A stretch of 64,000 bases of DNA from Eledone cirrhosa. Taxonomy: Eukaryota. Below the pieces are notes generated by a model. That model saw only the letters and a list, made by a program, of their open reading frames with translations. It did no database searches and had not been told where the DNA came from. The stretch spans positions 66,154,001 to 66,218,000 of the forward strand of contig OZ024745.1 of the NCBI GenBank assembly GCA_964016885.1, written 5' to 3'. Each line of letters opens with the position of its first letter. Position 1 is the stretch's first letter. The position numbers were made by a program, and so were the translations under genes. Below, one piece after another: positions 28,720 to 41,893 of the stretch.

Positions 28720-28880
28720 CACTTATTCCTGAGAGAGTTGTCGGGACAGAGTCGTCAAACACTCTATTCTAGTGGGTCCTGTCCAAGGCAACCAACTCCA
28801 ACTGATCTGACTGGATCCCCACGCGAGACCAGCCAAGCTCGTGGATCTTCTCCAACTATCTTGCTCGGTGTCTACCCCTG
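28720..28880 (-). mobile_element. LINE 3'-end fragment (RTE-like); related copy at 48660-48810 (+)
   Basis: The two regions align in opposite orientation. The 48.7-kb copy translates as RGRPLARWLDNI..LGIQ..A.DR..W, resembling an RTE C-terminus. Confidence 0.55.
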
Positions 28881-29934
28881 GGTTTCCGGCATAAAGAAAT
28901 ACTCCATTATTAATATCAGACCCAAGGTGATTAAAATTATACACTTTATAATATGTTTATGAAATGAGAAAATTAATTTCTACATCTTGATATTCTTTTG
29001 AATCATACTTGCAATAACATAAATGCATTTGGAAAAAGAATTTGAGAATTTTTCTCATTATTAAGCACAAACAATATTTTCTAAACTTTAGATAATTCAA
29101 TTTAAATATCTAATATCAGCAATGAAACACAATTGTACAATATATATAATCCATTATCACCCTCATCCTACTTCTTCTTATCCTTATCCATCAGCAACCG
29201 CAGTTAGAATTTTTACTGAAAGCTTAAATGTTTTAAAAAGAGATAATGTTCTGTCTTATCTCAGTATTAACCAATTCCATTTTGGTTTTATGTTTCTCTG
29301 GAACAATTGTAAACTTGATTGTCTATTTTAAACAGAGATGAGCTCAGGATTGAATTTGACAGAATGTTATTCAATATTAATTGACTCTATCATGTTCATA
29401 CAAGTTAAATTTCAGAAAAGAAAGAGAACATTTAAATAATCTTTTTCAAAATCTGTTTTATTCAATATTGTGTATTCAGCTTTCTAAGTCAATAGAATAT
29501 TTATCACCCTACTTGCTGAAGTATCCAATGCTTGTATTACTTTATTGACATACCAATATATCTTTTGCAAAACTACTAAACAATCAGTAGTCTAATCCTT
29601 TCACCTGCTATTAGATAACAGACATAGGTATGGCTTATTTCCCTATGTAACAGGGATCCTATGCCCCTCGTTTTTTTTTTAGATTTCAGTATTTCTTATG
29701 ATAAATATGATACATCTGCTTGTCTAGGGCTAATAAGCAGCACCATTAAGTCTTCAATGCTGCCCAAACATTCTGCTTAATGCCAAAATGTACCCTCTAT
29801 ACTATTGTTTGATCTGCTAGAAATAGCAGCCGAATCTTTCTCAAATCAGACACTACAATCACAATCTTAGAAAAAGGAAGATGGATGTTTCCAGAATAAT
29901 ATATTTCTGTAGCCATATTTAAAATGACTGATGC

Positions 29935-30620
29935 TCATAGCTTTCCTGTTGGCCGCCTTCCATGCCATGCTGCCTCAACAAGGTCATAAATCATGGCTTG
30001 GATGCTGCAGGCTTTCCCTCCCAGCTCGAGCCGGTGGGGCTGGACCAAGAGGACAGCAAAAGACCAGACGGTATGACGATCTTCCCATTCCACGGAGGCA
30101 AACCCCTCGTTTGGGATGCCACTTGCCGTGACACTTTCTCCAACCACAACTTGGTGCAGTCTGTGACTAACCCAGGTTCTGCTGCACTTTGAGCTGAGGA
30201 GGGCAAACTCTCCAAGTACCAGTCACTCTCCGACAGGTTTTCAGTCATGCCCTTAGCAGTGGAGACTTCTGGTGTCCTTGGCCCTGGGGCTACCTCCCTA
30301 CTCACTACCATAGGCACTGAGCAGGCCAGTCGCACATGTGAGCCTCGCGAGATGGAATGGCTCTTCCAGCGCATCTTTTTACCATCCTCCGAGAAAATGC
30401 CTTCTCCATTCTATCTGCTGGGGCTGTGGAGTAGCCAGCTCGTGGAACCCCATTTGCTCACAATACAGAGAGATGGAGGTGATGACAGGGGGATTTCGGC
30501 TCTTCTGGTTTCAGACACATTGCACCTGTCATATGGATCATGTGACAATTACACATTTCTTGTTTACATTCTACATGACAAATCGTTAAAGTAAGCATAG
30601 TTAAAGTTTTCCTTCCAATA
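29935..30620 (+). mobile_element. CRE-clade non-LTR retrotransposon 3' fragment (restriction-like endonuclease domain)
   Basis: KRPDGMTIFPF..GKPLVWDATCRDT, K.SKY..L, PLAVETSG.LG and RE..WLFQRI. In-frame TGA at 30190. Confidence 0.75.
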
Positions 30621-31549
30621 TATATATTTTAATCCACAAAGTACACCTATCTAACTTTTTTTTAATCTATTCATCGCTTGTCTGTCTATCTTCGGTTCTC
30701 TCTCTCTAATTAGCATACTTACTAATGACTTTTTGATTATAGATCTATTCAAGCTGGGCTGACCTGGGGTTAAATACAAATTTACAGAAATATTAAAATT
30801 CACAGTTTGAATATTTACATAAATATCTGGAGCCCTCTTTACATATTGATAGTTGTTTTAACATCAAGCAACATTGATATTTCTAGAACACAGTGACAAT
30901 TGAAGAATCATTATGAGATCTGCTATTGTTCTCAACTTGAGTCTCATTAAGTCAAAAATTGAACTTTTAAACCAAGCTAAAATAGTGGAATTTAATAGAA
31001 TAATGCAAGACTGAAATGCATAAGAAAGGGCTGAGGTGAAAAGTTTCAACAAGACATTGCTACAAGGAGATACTACTATGATGGAAGGCTAAAGATGGTC
31101 TTTGGTTAAAAAGTTGATGGTGCTCTCAAATTAAAATTGTAAACTTTAAATCATTTTTAATTGTTAAACTATTTTTATTTTCTGAGTTTGTCAGTTATTT
31201 TATTTGTTAAATACGTTTATTTGAACACTTTTTTTTATCAAAGCCATCATAAAATGTTGAATTTTTCAATTATTTTGTTTGTTAAATACATTTGTGTGAG
31301 AAATTTGAAGTAAATTAAACATGAAATTGATTTATCTTTCTCTCAACATAGGAATGAAAATGAAACCAATTCCTAGCACTATGTGAATGTTGCATAAAGA
31401 AAAAACTAGTTATTTCTGAAAATATCAATGACAGACAGACATGAAAATCACTTTTTAGCTCAATGCAAACAACACTTATAGACAACAAAAACTTCATATA
31501 AAAAAGATGTGCATTATTTAATGTAATCTAATAGATGTTTTATAGATAT

Positions 31550-34238
31550 ATTTCTTTATTTGCCACAAGGGCGCACAAGAAAAGGGGACAATACAAAGAC
31601 ACATGTCGGGGATTTTACATAGAGTCGTGTAAAAATATTGAAACAAACAATTATAACAATCGAAATCCCCAATAGAGGGCAAGCGCCACAAATGGGTTGT
31701 TTAATACCCCATCAATAGAACAACCCTCAACTTCAGAAGCGTGTTGTGCAAGTGCTCCCTTCTTCCTTTTGCCCTCTTCTTTAACCTACAGGCTTATAAA
31801 CAGAGAAGGCCATTTTCGCTTCATTCACACACCTTTCAGTAAATTTACTGGGGTTCAGTGTCTCTCTCTCCACTCTGATTCTCCTTCTAAAGTGATACTT
31901 AAAGAAGGGAATCAATTGTTGTCCGGAAAGAAAGGCATCTGTCCTCAGTCCTCTCAATCTCGTGCACCATATAACCTCTTTCACCATAGCCACTGTACAG
32001 AGGAAAACCACCTCTCTTTCGTTTTTGAAAGAGGCTGGCGGTTTGATCCTTACTATGGACTCAGCAGTCAACTGGATTTGTCCCATACGCTACAGCAGTT
32101 GTTCTGCATAGTTCCACAGGTCACTTACGCCCGGGCAGTGTACAATTGCGTGCAAGATGGTTTCAATGTACTGCTCGCATCTTGGACACGTCCTCTTGGA
32201 AGGATCCCTGCCGGAGCGTGTAGATCTGTGCCTGTAGATCTTATCTCGAACGGGTAGAGCTTCTTGGTAGCACTGACAGGCCAGGGACCTCTGGAAGTTG
32301 TCCATAGGTCCCGGGCAGAAAGTTCTATCGAACAGACTGGTGAGCTCATCGTCTTCGATGCCTAGAGTCTCCCCGAGCACGTCGTCACACTTATAAAATA
32401 CTAACCCTCTATAGAATGTCGAAGTGGAGTCTCCACTGATTGCTGTGCCCGCTTGACAGAGGAGCGCCTGGGCGCATTCAATGTGCCAGGCGCCCATCTT
32501 CTTCGGTCTTCGCTTCACTCAGGACTGCAGCTCCGTCAGCGAGAGAGGTTGTGGGAAGGCCTGTCTCACAAACGGTGCCCACACCGGTTGGTCGGTGAGG
32601 AATACCTGGAGATGCCGTAGCCTCAGCGCATTATTAGCCACGGCATGCCCAGCCCTCCGTTGGAAGGGTGTTGACAGCAGACGGAACTCCTCACCAGTGG
32701 AGCCTACTTCTTCCACAGGAACTGGAAGAGCATGCGTTCCATCTTGGTGAGGTATTCATGGGGACAAGGCATGACAGTCAAGCGGTAGTAGATGACAGAC
32801 GTTATGAAAGTGTTCGCCACCTCTGCTCGACCTTTCAAAGACAGTTTGCACTCTGCCCACTTCTCGGTGAGTGCAAATACCTTGGCCATGACCTCATTCC
32901 AGTTTTTCTCCACCTGGAAGTCTGGACCGAACCAGACCCTGAGCAATTTCACCGGTCCTTCCGTCCACGCTGTCGGACGGCATCGGTTTGCCTCTCCACG
33001 TTCCGAGTTGCAAACCAACAGACTTGTCCAGGTTCAGTTTTGCTGCTGTGAACCTTTCATATTCCTGTAGCAGGTTGCCGATTACCTTCATTTCCGAGGT
33101 TTTCGACACCATTACCGTCACGCCGTCGTCATAAGCCGACGCTGCTTTTCACAGTCCCGGTTCTAAAGGGATGCCCTGCAAAAGCTCCAACTTCTGCAGT
33201 AGTGGCTCTAGAGTCAATACATACAGAATGGAGGAGAGAGGGCATCCCTGTCGAATGGAATGCATGATTGCGAAAGGCTCCTATAAGTAACCGTTCACCT
33301 TGACCCTCGAGCAGATGCCGGTGTGCATCACCTTGATCAAGCCCCTGAAAACGGGACCGAAACCGGCCGCCTTGAAAACCGCTTCCAAGTACCGATGGTC
33401 TACCCTATCGAATGCCTTAGACTGATCTAAATTTATCAGAGCCCCACCGAAGCCGGGTTTACACCCACCCTCTCTATAATGTATCGCATGAGGTGGAGGT
33501 TGTCGTGTATGGACCTGGTCGGGATTGCACATGTTTGCGCTTTCCCTACCAGGTTTTCGACGACAAGCGCCAGCCTTGTTGCTAGCACCTTGGCCAAAAT
33601 CTTTAACTCTGTGTTGAGCAGAGTTATGGGCCTGAAACTGTTTATTTCGTCCCCCTTGTTCTCATCTTTCCTGATCAGCGTTACTATGCTCTTGCCTGCA
33701 GAACTGGGAATTGTCCCGTTCTGCTGCCAATTGCAATAGACGGCTTCGAGGACGCCAGAGAACAAGTCCGGCATGCCTATGTAAAACTCATAGGGTAAAC
33801 CATCTAGACCGGGTGATTTACATTTCCCGCAGCGGCCCAGAGTGTCCCACATCTCAGTGGCTGTGATCGGTCTTTCGCAGAACTCAGCGTCCATGCTCGA
33901 GAGACGCGGCAGGCCGTCGAAGTATGAACCAAAGTCCATTGCCCCATTCGGTGCAACGTCATTCTGCTCAACAAGTTGCGCAAAGTGCCACTGAAAAGGC
34001 CGCGCACATCTGCCTGGGGGTCAAGTAGCACGCGTCCGTTTTGGTCTTTCAAAGACCGAATCGTGGACTTGTTGCCACTTTTCGCTTCCGCCACTCGGGC
34101 CCAGCTAACAGCTTTTGCTCCCTCGTTTCCTAGAGCACGTGATCTTCTTCTGATCACACAGCCCTTGTGTTTCGCGTCGAAGAACTGGTCGAGTGCTGTT
34201 CTCGATGCTAGCACTCTATCTGCATTGCCACTTAAGAG
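31550..34238 (-). mobile_element. L1/Tx1-clade LINE, 5'-truncated, decayed ORF2
   Basis: KSPGLDGLPYEFY, FRPITLLNTELKILAKVL, LDQSKAFDRVDH, RQGCPLS, LSLKGRAEV and C-terminal CPRC..ETILH...CP. Several frameshifts. AATAAA at the 3' end. GC-rich relative to the flanks. Confidence 0.92.
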
Positions 34239-35094
34239 ATTATAGTCAACTTTTATTTTGTTGATAGAATGTATTTGATTAGGAAAGATTTATAGTATAC
34301 AGTTAGTTTTAAGTTCAATAAAATATTGTAATAAAATATATGATGTATTTAAGTTGAAAACTTCTTTTCTTGAGATTAATATTTTAACTCTTCTGATCCC
34401 AAACTACCTTCAAGCATCCTTATTCCTATCCAAACTTAGTTTAATGATAACAAAGATAGTTATTTCATTAAATCCCAACAAGTAACTGAGTATTTTCAAA
34501 TATATGTGAAAATCATAGATAGTGTCTTTTATTAGAAATATAGCAATTTTATTGCTATATTTAGAGTTAAACATCTTAAATTTTATGATAATTTGTTCTG
34601 GTATATGAACTCTCATACAAAAACAAATAAAAAAGATTTTATGAGAAAGAGTATTTTTCTATGATATACCATAATACTGAAGAAATTTAATGTATTAGAA
34701 ATAGTTCATTATTGGCTTTTATCTGCTGGAAATTTAAATCTTGTGTCATGAGTGAATAATGAATCTCTTAGTTTTGTAAAATGCTATGACTTATTAAGTA
34801 AAATTATTTGATAAAATTAAATAAAATCTTACATATAGGTTCAGTGTAATTTAGGTAAACACAGAAAACAATTTATTCTTTGTCTTATTTCTACATATTG
34901 TCAAACAGTTTTTGATAAATTCAGTGTTTTAAAATAATTTCCTCTTTATATATTTTACCAAGAAAATCAATTATTTAATATTTTTTATTGTAAATAAGTC
35001 ATATAAACCGACATATATGTTGAATGTTTATCTTAGCAGCAAATTTAGCAAAAGGTTTTCTGGAGTATAATATTCAATGATATTAAATAAATGG

Positions 35095-35256
35095 GTACTA
35101 TATTTATAAAACCATGTTTATTCTACTATATTTATTCTGTTATGTCAATATTTATAAAACAAACTTTGTATTTTATCTGATGAGCGCGTACCAAAGATTT
35201 GGTACCCTTGAAATATATATAATAGAATAGATATGGTTTTATAAATATAGTTTCTA
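35095..35256 (+). ncRNA. Hammerhead-bearing PLE end related to 11485-11696
   Basis: CTGATGA-GCGC-GTACCAAA..TTTGGTAC-CCTT-GAAA-TATA-TA at ~35177-35220, followed by ATATGGTTTTATAAATATAGTTTC. A short inverted arm lies at 35097-35128. Confidence 0.55.
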
Positions 35257-35303
35257 TTTATTTAATATTATTGAATACATATATATATAATATATATATA
35301 TAT

Positions 35304-35415
35304 AAGCTGAAGCTCACAGAGGAGATGATGAAGGACTGTGACAAGTGTAGAGATGCTGAATAAGACCCGTCCCACACTTGCAAGGAGGGAAAAGCGGACG
35401 TAAAATGATGATGAT
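35304..35415 (+). mobile_element. RTE-type LINE extreme 3' end sharing its tail with SINE family A
   Basis: Coding-like LKLTEEMMKDCDK followed by AAGACCCGTCCCACACTTGCAAGGAGGGAAAAGCGGACGTAAAA(TGA)n. Confidence 0.6.
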
Positions 35416-35576
35416 GTATATATAGCACAGTTTTTAGAATAGGTAGGCCATATCCCTGATGTAGGAGATGACTAAAAGGTTTGGCACCAGCTGTAAAACA
35501 TTGTCTCAAAATATCCCACTTACATCATGCCAGCATGGAAAGGTAGAAGTAAAATTGATGATCATGATCATGGGTT

Positions 35577-35621
<45 letters not shown>

Positions 35622-35689
35622 TTTATACTTATATATATACACTATATATAATTATAAACAGGAAAGGTCAGTAATGCATTACCACCTTA

Positions 35690-37037
35690 TTTATTACCAG
35701 TAAGAAAATAGCTCAATGTAAATACATCAGATGTTTTACAGAGCCGGAATATAAATTACAGAATAATTAAAACTATGTTCAAAACATTTTAATGCTGACA
35801 ATCGTTTCTTCCAAACTTTCGTTTGGAATGATCGGAGCACTAGCAAAGTTTAGACATATAATTAACCTCCTATTCCACAGAACAATTGTAAAGATACGTA
35901 GATATTAGTGTTGTTATTAACAGTGTCATATTTAAAGAATGAAGATGGTGTGGTCAGTATCAGTGGATGCTACAAAGATATACAACAATTATAGAGGAAT
36001 TAAAGAAGAAAGATACTCGCAAAATGAGGACATTAGCGGTACATATGCAAACGTATAGAAAGAGTGTAGAGATATTAGGCATGTACAGAATAACCAGGTA
36101 AGAAACAAGCAATGGTATTGAGCATATATATCACAGTATGGCAAAGGTATCACATAATACAATACAGGTATAGAAGCATATTAAGCAGACAGAGATGCGT
36201 GGGTATGAAAATCAGTTTCTATGAAGTTTATGGTGGATGCAATGTGATAATTGTTCAGGTAATGTTCAAATGTACCTGTGTACATTGGTTATATTTTATA
36301 TTGGTTATATTTTAGTAAATGTTTATTAGTAGCTACAACTATGGATTGTATATTGGTCCTATTACAATCTTATCAAGGGTTCGAGTTGATCTGGAGTGGT
36401 CTGTCTAACGGTTTAATTTCAGGAAGTGATCAGAGATCTATACTAATGGGAACTAATGGGAAAGGGGAGGTAATTGGCGAAGTCTTTAGTTATTTACAAC
36501 TCCAATTAGTTAAATTATATGTGTTAATATACAACATATGTTATAAGTGAATCCTTTTGTATAATGCTATTTATTTTTAAATTTATATATTTAATTTTAA
36601 ATGCAATCTTTTTTCTATATACCTTAAAGGTCTCATTTTATCACTACCTACCCATATATTAATTAAATGAATGAAATATTAGTAAGGAAGATATTGTAGT
36701 TATAACTAGCAGAATGGCCCGGCGTTGCTCGGGATTTGCTCTAGGGTTCTTATATATTTGTTATATATTTATCCTTATCGAGCCTCGTGAAATAAATACG
36801 TTTATTTATATTTTGTTATTGTGTATGCGAAAATATCTGTACACTAATATATAATTATATATAAAAATAACAGATTAAAGTTTAAGCAAAGAATCTCTGC
36901 TTTCACCCTTAACACTATCTTTTGAAACTAAAACAATCAATCTGTGAACGCAGAAGTAAATATTTCGAAAAACGTATATATACACACACTATATATTCAT
37001 ACACACACACACACACGCGCGCACACACACACACATA

Positions 37038-37073
<36 letters not shown>

Positions 37074-37354
37074 GCTACGTCGGCCCGGCGTTGCTCGGGA
37101 TTTGCTCTAGGGTTCTTATATATTTGATATATATTTATCCTTATCGAGCCTCGTGAAAGAAATACGTTTGTTTATATTTTGTTATTGTGTATTCAAAAAT
37201 ATTTGTACACGAATATATATATATATATATATTAAAATAACAAATTAACGTTTAAGCGAAGAATCGCTGCTTTCACCCTAAAAGGGATCTTCTGAAACTA
37301 AAAAAAATCAATATGTGAACACAGAAGTAAATATTTCGAAAAACGTTACACACC

Positions 37355-37386
<32 letters not shown>

Positions 37387-37400
37387 CACACACACACACA

Positions 37401-37478
<78 letters not shown>

Positions 37479-40400
37479 CTACGTCATAATGTCGTAAAGC
37501 AGACAGCCAGAAATACAGACAGATATTATAAGGGCGCAACGTTATATCTATGTATTTATTTAAAAAGAGAAACACTAAGAGTTATAGAGAGAGATCGCTA
37601 AATTGCCTAATGCGGTCCGTAGGACATTGAAAATTTAAATTTGTTTATGCTCATATCACTCACAGGACCATAAGTATTACATGTGTAAAGTTTGAAAACA
37701 ATCGGTTGGGTGGTTCTCGAGTTTTAGTGATCGGACAGACAGACATTCTCTGTTTTAGATATATAGATAATTGGTGGTAACTTTATGTTTATTCCCAATA
37801 GTTATTGTAGAGTATAAGATCTGAGATAAACAGGAGATAAGTGGATGAATGAGCTGATCATAGAATGTGATGCTATGGGGGTAATTATATGCTGATAAAA
37901 CCTAGAGGTAAAGTGTTAATGGTGGTGAGGAATCCATATCTGACATTGTTATATACTAGCAACTAGACTAGATTGCGATCTTTGAAAGTGTGAAGATGCG
38001 AGTTATATCTCGTCTTCAAGCAGTTCGAAGTAGAACCGATATAAGTGTTTGAAGAGTTGTTTGTAATGACTGTGCATGAGTAAATGATGTCTTTGATTAA
38101 GCAATTTTTTCCTAAGGGGCAAGTTCTATTTGTTCTACAATTATAGTTAGTTTGGTTGTTTACTTGCTGGTTAATAGGTTGTGTAGATGCATGGTTGTTA
38201 GGGATAGCATTAGGGTAATGCTGAATATCATTCCCATTGTTATTAATTTCATTAGTGCTATTACTATTATTATTATTGCTACTAGAATTCTCTGGTATTA
38301 TGTTGTTATGTAAGTTCACCCCCTGTTGTGATTTAATTAGTTGGAAATAATTATTAATCTTCTTTTTATTACTACTAGCTATATGGTACACGATGTTAGG
38401 TGTGGTAAAGTAAGAGATTTTAATGGTGTTTTTATTGATAAGTTTATGGTATTTGTGGCCGACAGGGAAGTTTTTTTCCGAGATTGAGAAGAAAGCCTTA
38501 GGCAAGTTGGTGGAAACGTTTAGTTGAAAGGGGGATTGAAAAATGTATTAGTTCTTCTATTTTTGTTATTTGTAATGTTATTTGAGGTATTGTTTATATT
38601 TCTGTTTATATTATTATTATTGGGGTGTTTATTTTTATGCGAGTTAAGTTTGATATTACCCTTCGTACTAGAGTTAGAGTGGCTAGTACTTTTATTACTT
38701 TTATTCAAGGCCATATTGTGAGAAATAATGTTGAAACTAGGTGATTTTATAGTTAAATATCTAATTTTATTTTTATGGCCTGATCGAGCTAAGGCCGCAT
38801 TATAGTATTAGGAATAATATTGGTAATAAAAGGAAGATTAATAATTATTTCCAACTAATTAAATCGTAACAGGGGGTGAACTTACATAACAACATAATAC
38901 CAGAGAATTCTAGTAGCAATAATAATAATTGTAATAGCACTAATGAAATTAATAACAATGGGAATGATAATCATTATTACCCTAATGCTATCGCTAAGAA
39001 CCATGCATCTACACACCCTATTAACCAGGAAGTAAACAACCAAAATAACTGTAATTGTAGAACAAATAGAACTTGCCCCTTAGGAAAAAATGCTTAATCA
39101 AAGACATCATTTACTCATGCACAGTTATTACAAACAACACTTCAAAAACATATATCGGTTCTACTTCGAACTGCTTCAAGACGAGATATAACTCACATCT
39201 TCACACTTTAAAAAATTGCAATCTAGCCAACTCCACTTCTTTATGTAATTACATACACTCTCTGAAAACTATGAATATACCATATACACTTCAATGGGAA
39301 GTAATAGATATGGTCGCATCGTATAAACCACCGAAAAGATTATGTAACCTGTCTTCTAGAGACTCGCACTATAATCTATTCTAGGCTAAACCTTTTAAAT
39401 AGAAAATCAGAAATGTTTGTGCCAACACTACCACCGACACTCTTTCCACAACTTTCAACCTAGCTGCTAGTATATAATAATGTCAGATCTGGATTCCTCA
39501 CCACCGTTAACACTTTACCTCTAGGTTTTATCAGCATATAATTATCCCACAGCATCACATTCTATTATAGCTCATTCCTCCATTTATCTCCTGTTTATCT
39601 CAGATCTTATACTCTACAATAACTAATGGGAATAAACATAAAGTTACCGCCATTATTATAACTGCAATATCTTCCTTACTAATACGTCATTCATTTAATT
39701 AATATATGGGTAGGTAGTGATAAAATGGGACCTTTAAAATATTATATAGAAAAAAGATTGTATATAAAATTAAATATATAAATTTAAAAATAAATAGCAT
39801 TATATAAAAGGATTCACTTATAACATAATATATTGTATATTAACACATATAATTTAACTAATTGGAGTTGTAAACAACTATACACTTTTCTCTTATACAC
39901 AAATTAATCGCCAATTACCTCCCCTTTCCCATTAGTGTAGATCTCTAATCACTTCCTGAAATTAAACCGTTAGACAGATCACTCCAGAACAACTCTAACC
40001 CATGATCAGATTGTAATAGGACCAATATACAATCCATAGGTGTAGCCAGTGATAAACATTTACTATAATATAACCAATGTATTGGAAAGGAAAACCTTAA
40101 TATTAATACTCACACCACATGCACATTTGAACATTACCTGAACAATTATCACATTGCATCCACCATAAACTTCATAGAAACTGATTTTCATACCCACGCA
40201 TCTCTGTCTACTTAATATGCTTTTGTACCTGTATTGTATTATGTGATACCTTTGCTATACTGTGATATATATGCTTAGTGCCATATCTTGTTTCTTACCA
40301 GGTTATTCTGTACATGCCTAATACCTCTGCCCTATTTCTATACGTTTGCATATGTACCGCTAATGTCCTCATTTTGTGAGTAACTTTCTTCTTTAATTCC

Positions 40401-40651
40401 TCTATAATTGCTGTATTATTCTTTTATAATCTTTGTTGCATCCACTGATACTGACCATATCATCTTCATTCTTTAAATATGACACTGTTAATAACAACAC
40501 TAATATCTACGTATCTTTACGATTGTTCTGTGGAATAGGAGGTTAATTATGTGTCTAAACTTGGTTAGTGCTCCGATCATTCCAAACGAAAGTTTGGAAG
40601 AAACGATTGTCAGCAATAAAATGTTTTGAACATAGTTTTGATTATTCTGTA

Positions 40652-40659
<8 letters not shown>
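35690..40659 (-). mobile_element. Naiad-type PLE 3' portion forming a ~5-kb inverted duplication
   Basis: 35750-38372, minus the Helitron, mirrors 38825-40659. ORF fragments at 37963-38810 (-) and 38876-39470 (+) resemble the 20451-22920 protein (FFNPPFN, NKNTIKISY, CRTNRTCP, YIGSTSNC). HHR-like motifs at 35793-35839 (-) and 40569-40615 (+). Confidence 0.9.
36706..37767 (-). mobile_element. Non-autonomous Helitron
   Basis: On the minus strand: 5' TC, 3' CTAG, subterminal hairpin CCCGAGCAACGCCGGG, inserted between A and T without a target duplication. The empty site is visible in the mirror arm at 39646-39668. A fragment of the same family lies at 5255-5363. Confidence 0.85.
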
Positions 40660-40694
<35 letters not shown>

Positions 40695-40718
<24 letters not shown>

Positions 40719-41637
40719 TATGTATACGTACATACATATATGTATACAGACGTACAGTAGTATGTATATATACACATACATGTAAACATATATATATGTA
40801 TGTATCGTTTTTACCGAACATTTATTATAATGCTCGGTTTGTTTGTAAACAAATAGTCCGAATTAAGCCGTACAGTGTTTAGCAACCATCGTTGTCCTTT
40901 TGTTCAACACTGACAAAAGAACGATCTACTAGTTTCAAGCTTATTAGCTATCGTCAGCATCGTATACCTTCCTGCCAGATGATTGAACGTCTGAAAGTAT
41001 ATACTTCCTTATGCATATTAACGGCTGAGCAGCCTAATTTGCATATGGAGCATTATAATAAATGTTCGGTAAAAACGATACGTACTTTTATATATGTGTA
41101 CATGTATGTGTATATATACATACTACTGTACGTCTGTATACATATACGTATGTACGTATACATACTTATATTTAAGTAACAGACGTACTAAGAATGAGAA
41201 ATGAAATTTCGTTTCATTTTTTTCCATTTATCGTTTTCGGTGCGCCCAGCCGACTAACTCACTCGATATGCAAATTAGGCTGCTCAGCCATTAATATGCA
41301 TAAGGAAAGTATATCTTTTCAGACGTTCAATCATCTGGCAGGAAGGTATACGATGCTGACGATAGCTAATAAGCTTGAAACAAGTATATCGCTCCTTTGT
41401 CAGTGTTGAACAAAAGGGCAACGATGGTTGCTAAATACTGTACGGCTTAATTCGCGCTGTTTGTTTATTTACAAACAAACCGAGCATTATAATAAATGTT
41501 CGGTAAAAACGATAGGTACATATATATATGTGTACATGTGTGTGTATATATACATACTACTGTACGTCTGTATACATACTTATATTTAAGTAACAGCCAT
41601 ACTAAGAGTGAGAAATCAAATTTCGTTTCATTTTTCC

Positions 41638-41640
<3 letters not shown>
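40695..41640. mobile_element. Non-coding PLE-like element with inverted and direct segments and paired hammerheads
   Basis: 40860-41047 mirrors 41267-41453, 40695-40850 mirrors 41461-41587, and 41046-41228 repeats at 41482-41638. HHR on minus at 40922-40962: CGATG-CTGACGA-TAGCT(AATA)AGCTT-GAAA-CTAG-TA-GATCG, with a plus copy at 41351-41390. Confidence 0.75.
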
Positions 41641-41717
<77 letters not shown>

Positions 41718-41728
41718 ATATACATACA

Positions 41729-41826
41729 CAGAGTATCCCACCAAAATATATACACTCTTCAAAAGCATTTAAATAAATTTTGCCTGTACATGTAATCAAA
41801 GTGTGTATACAATTGGGAGGGACACA

Positions 41827-41829
<3 letters not shown>
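41729..41829. mobile_element. Tc1/mariner-type MITE remnant
   Basis: Imperfect terminal inverted repeats CAGAGTATCCCACC..ATATACACT / AGTGTGTATAC..GGAGGGACACACTG within a TA tract. Confidence 0.5.
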
Positions 41830-41893
<64 letters not shown>

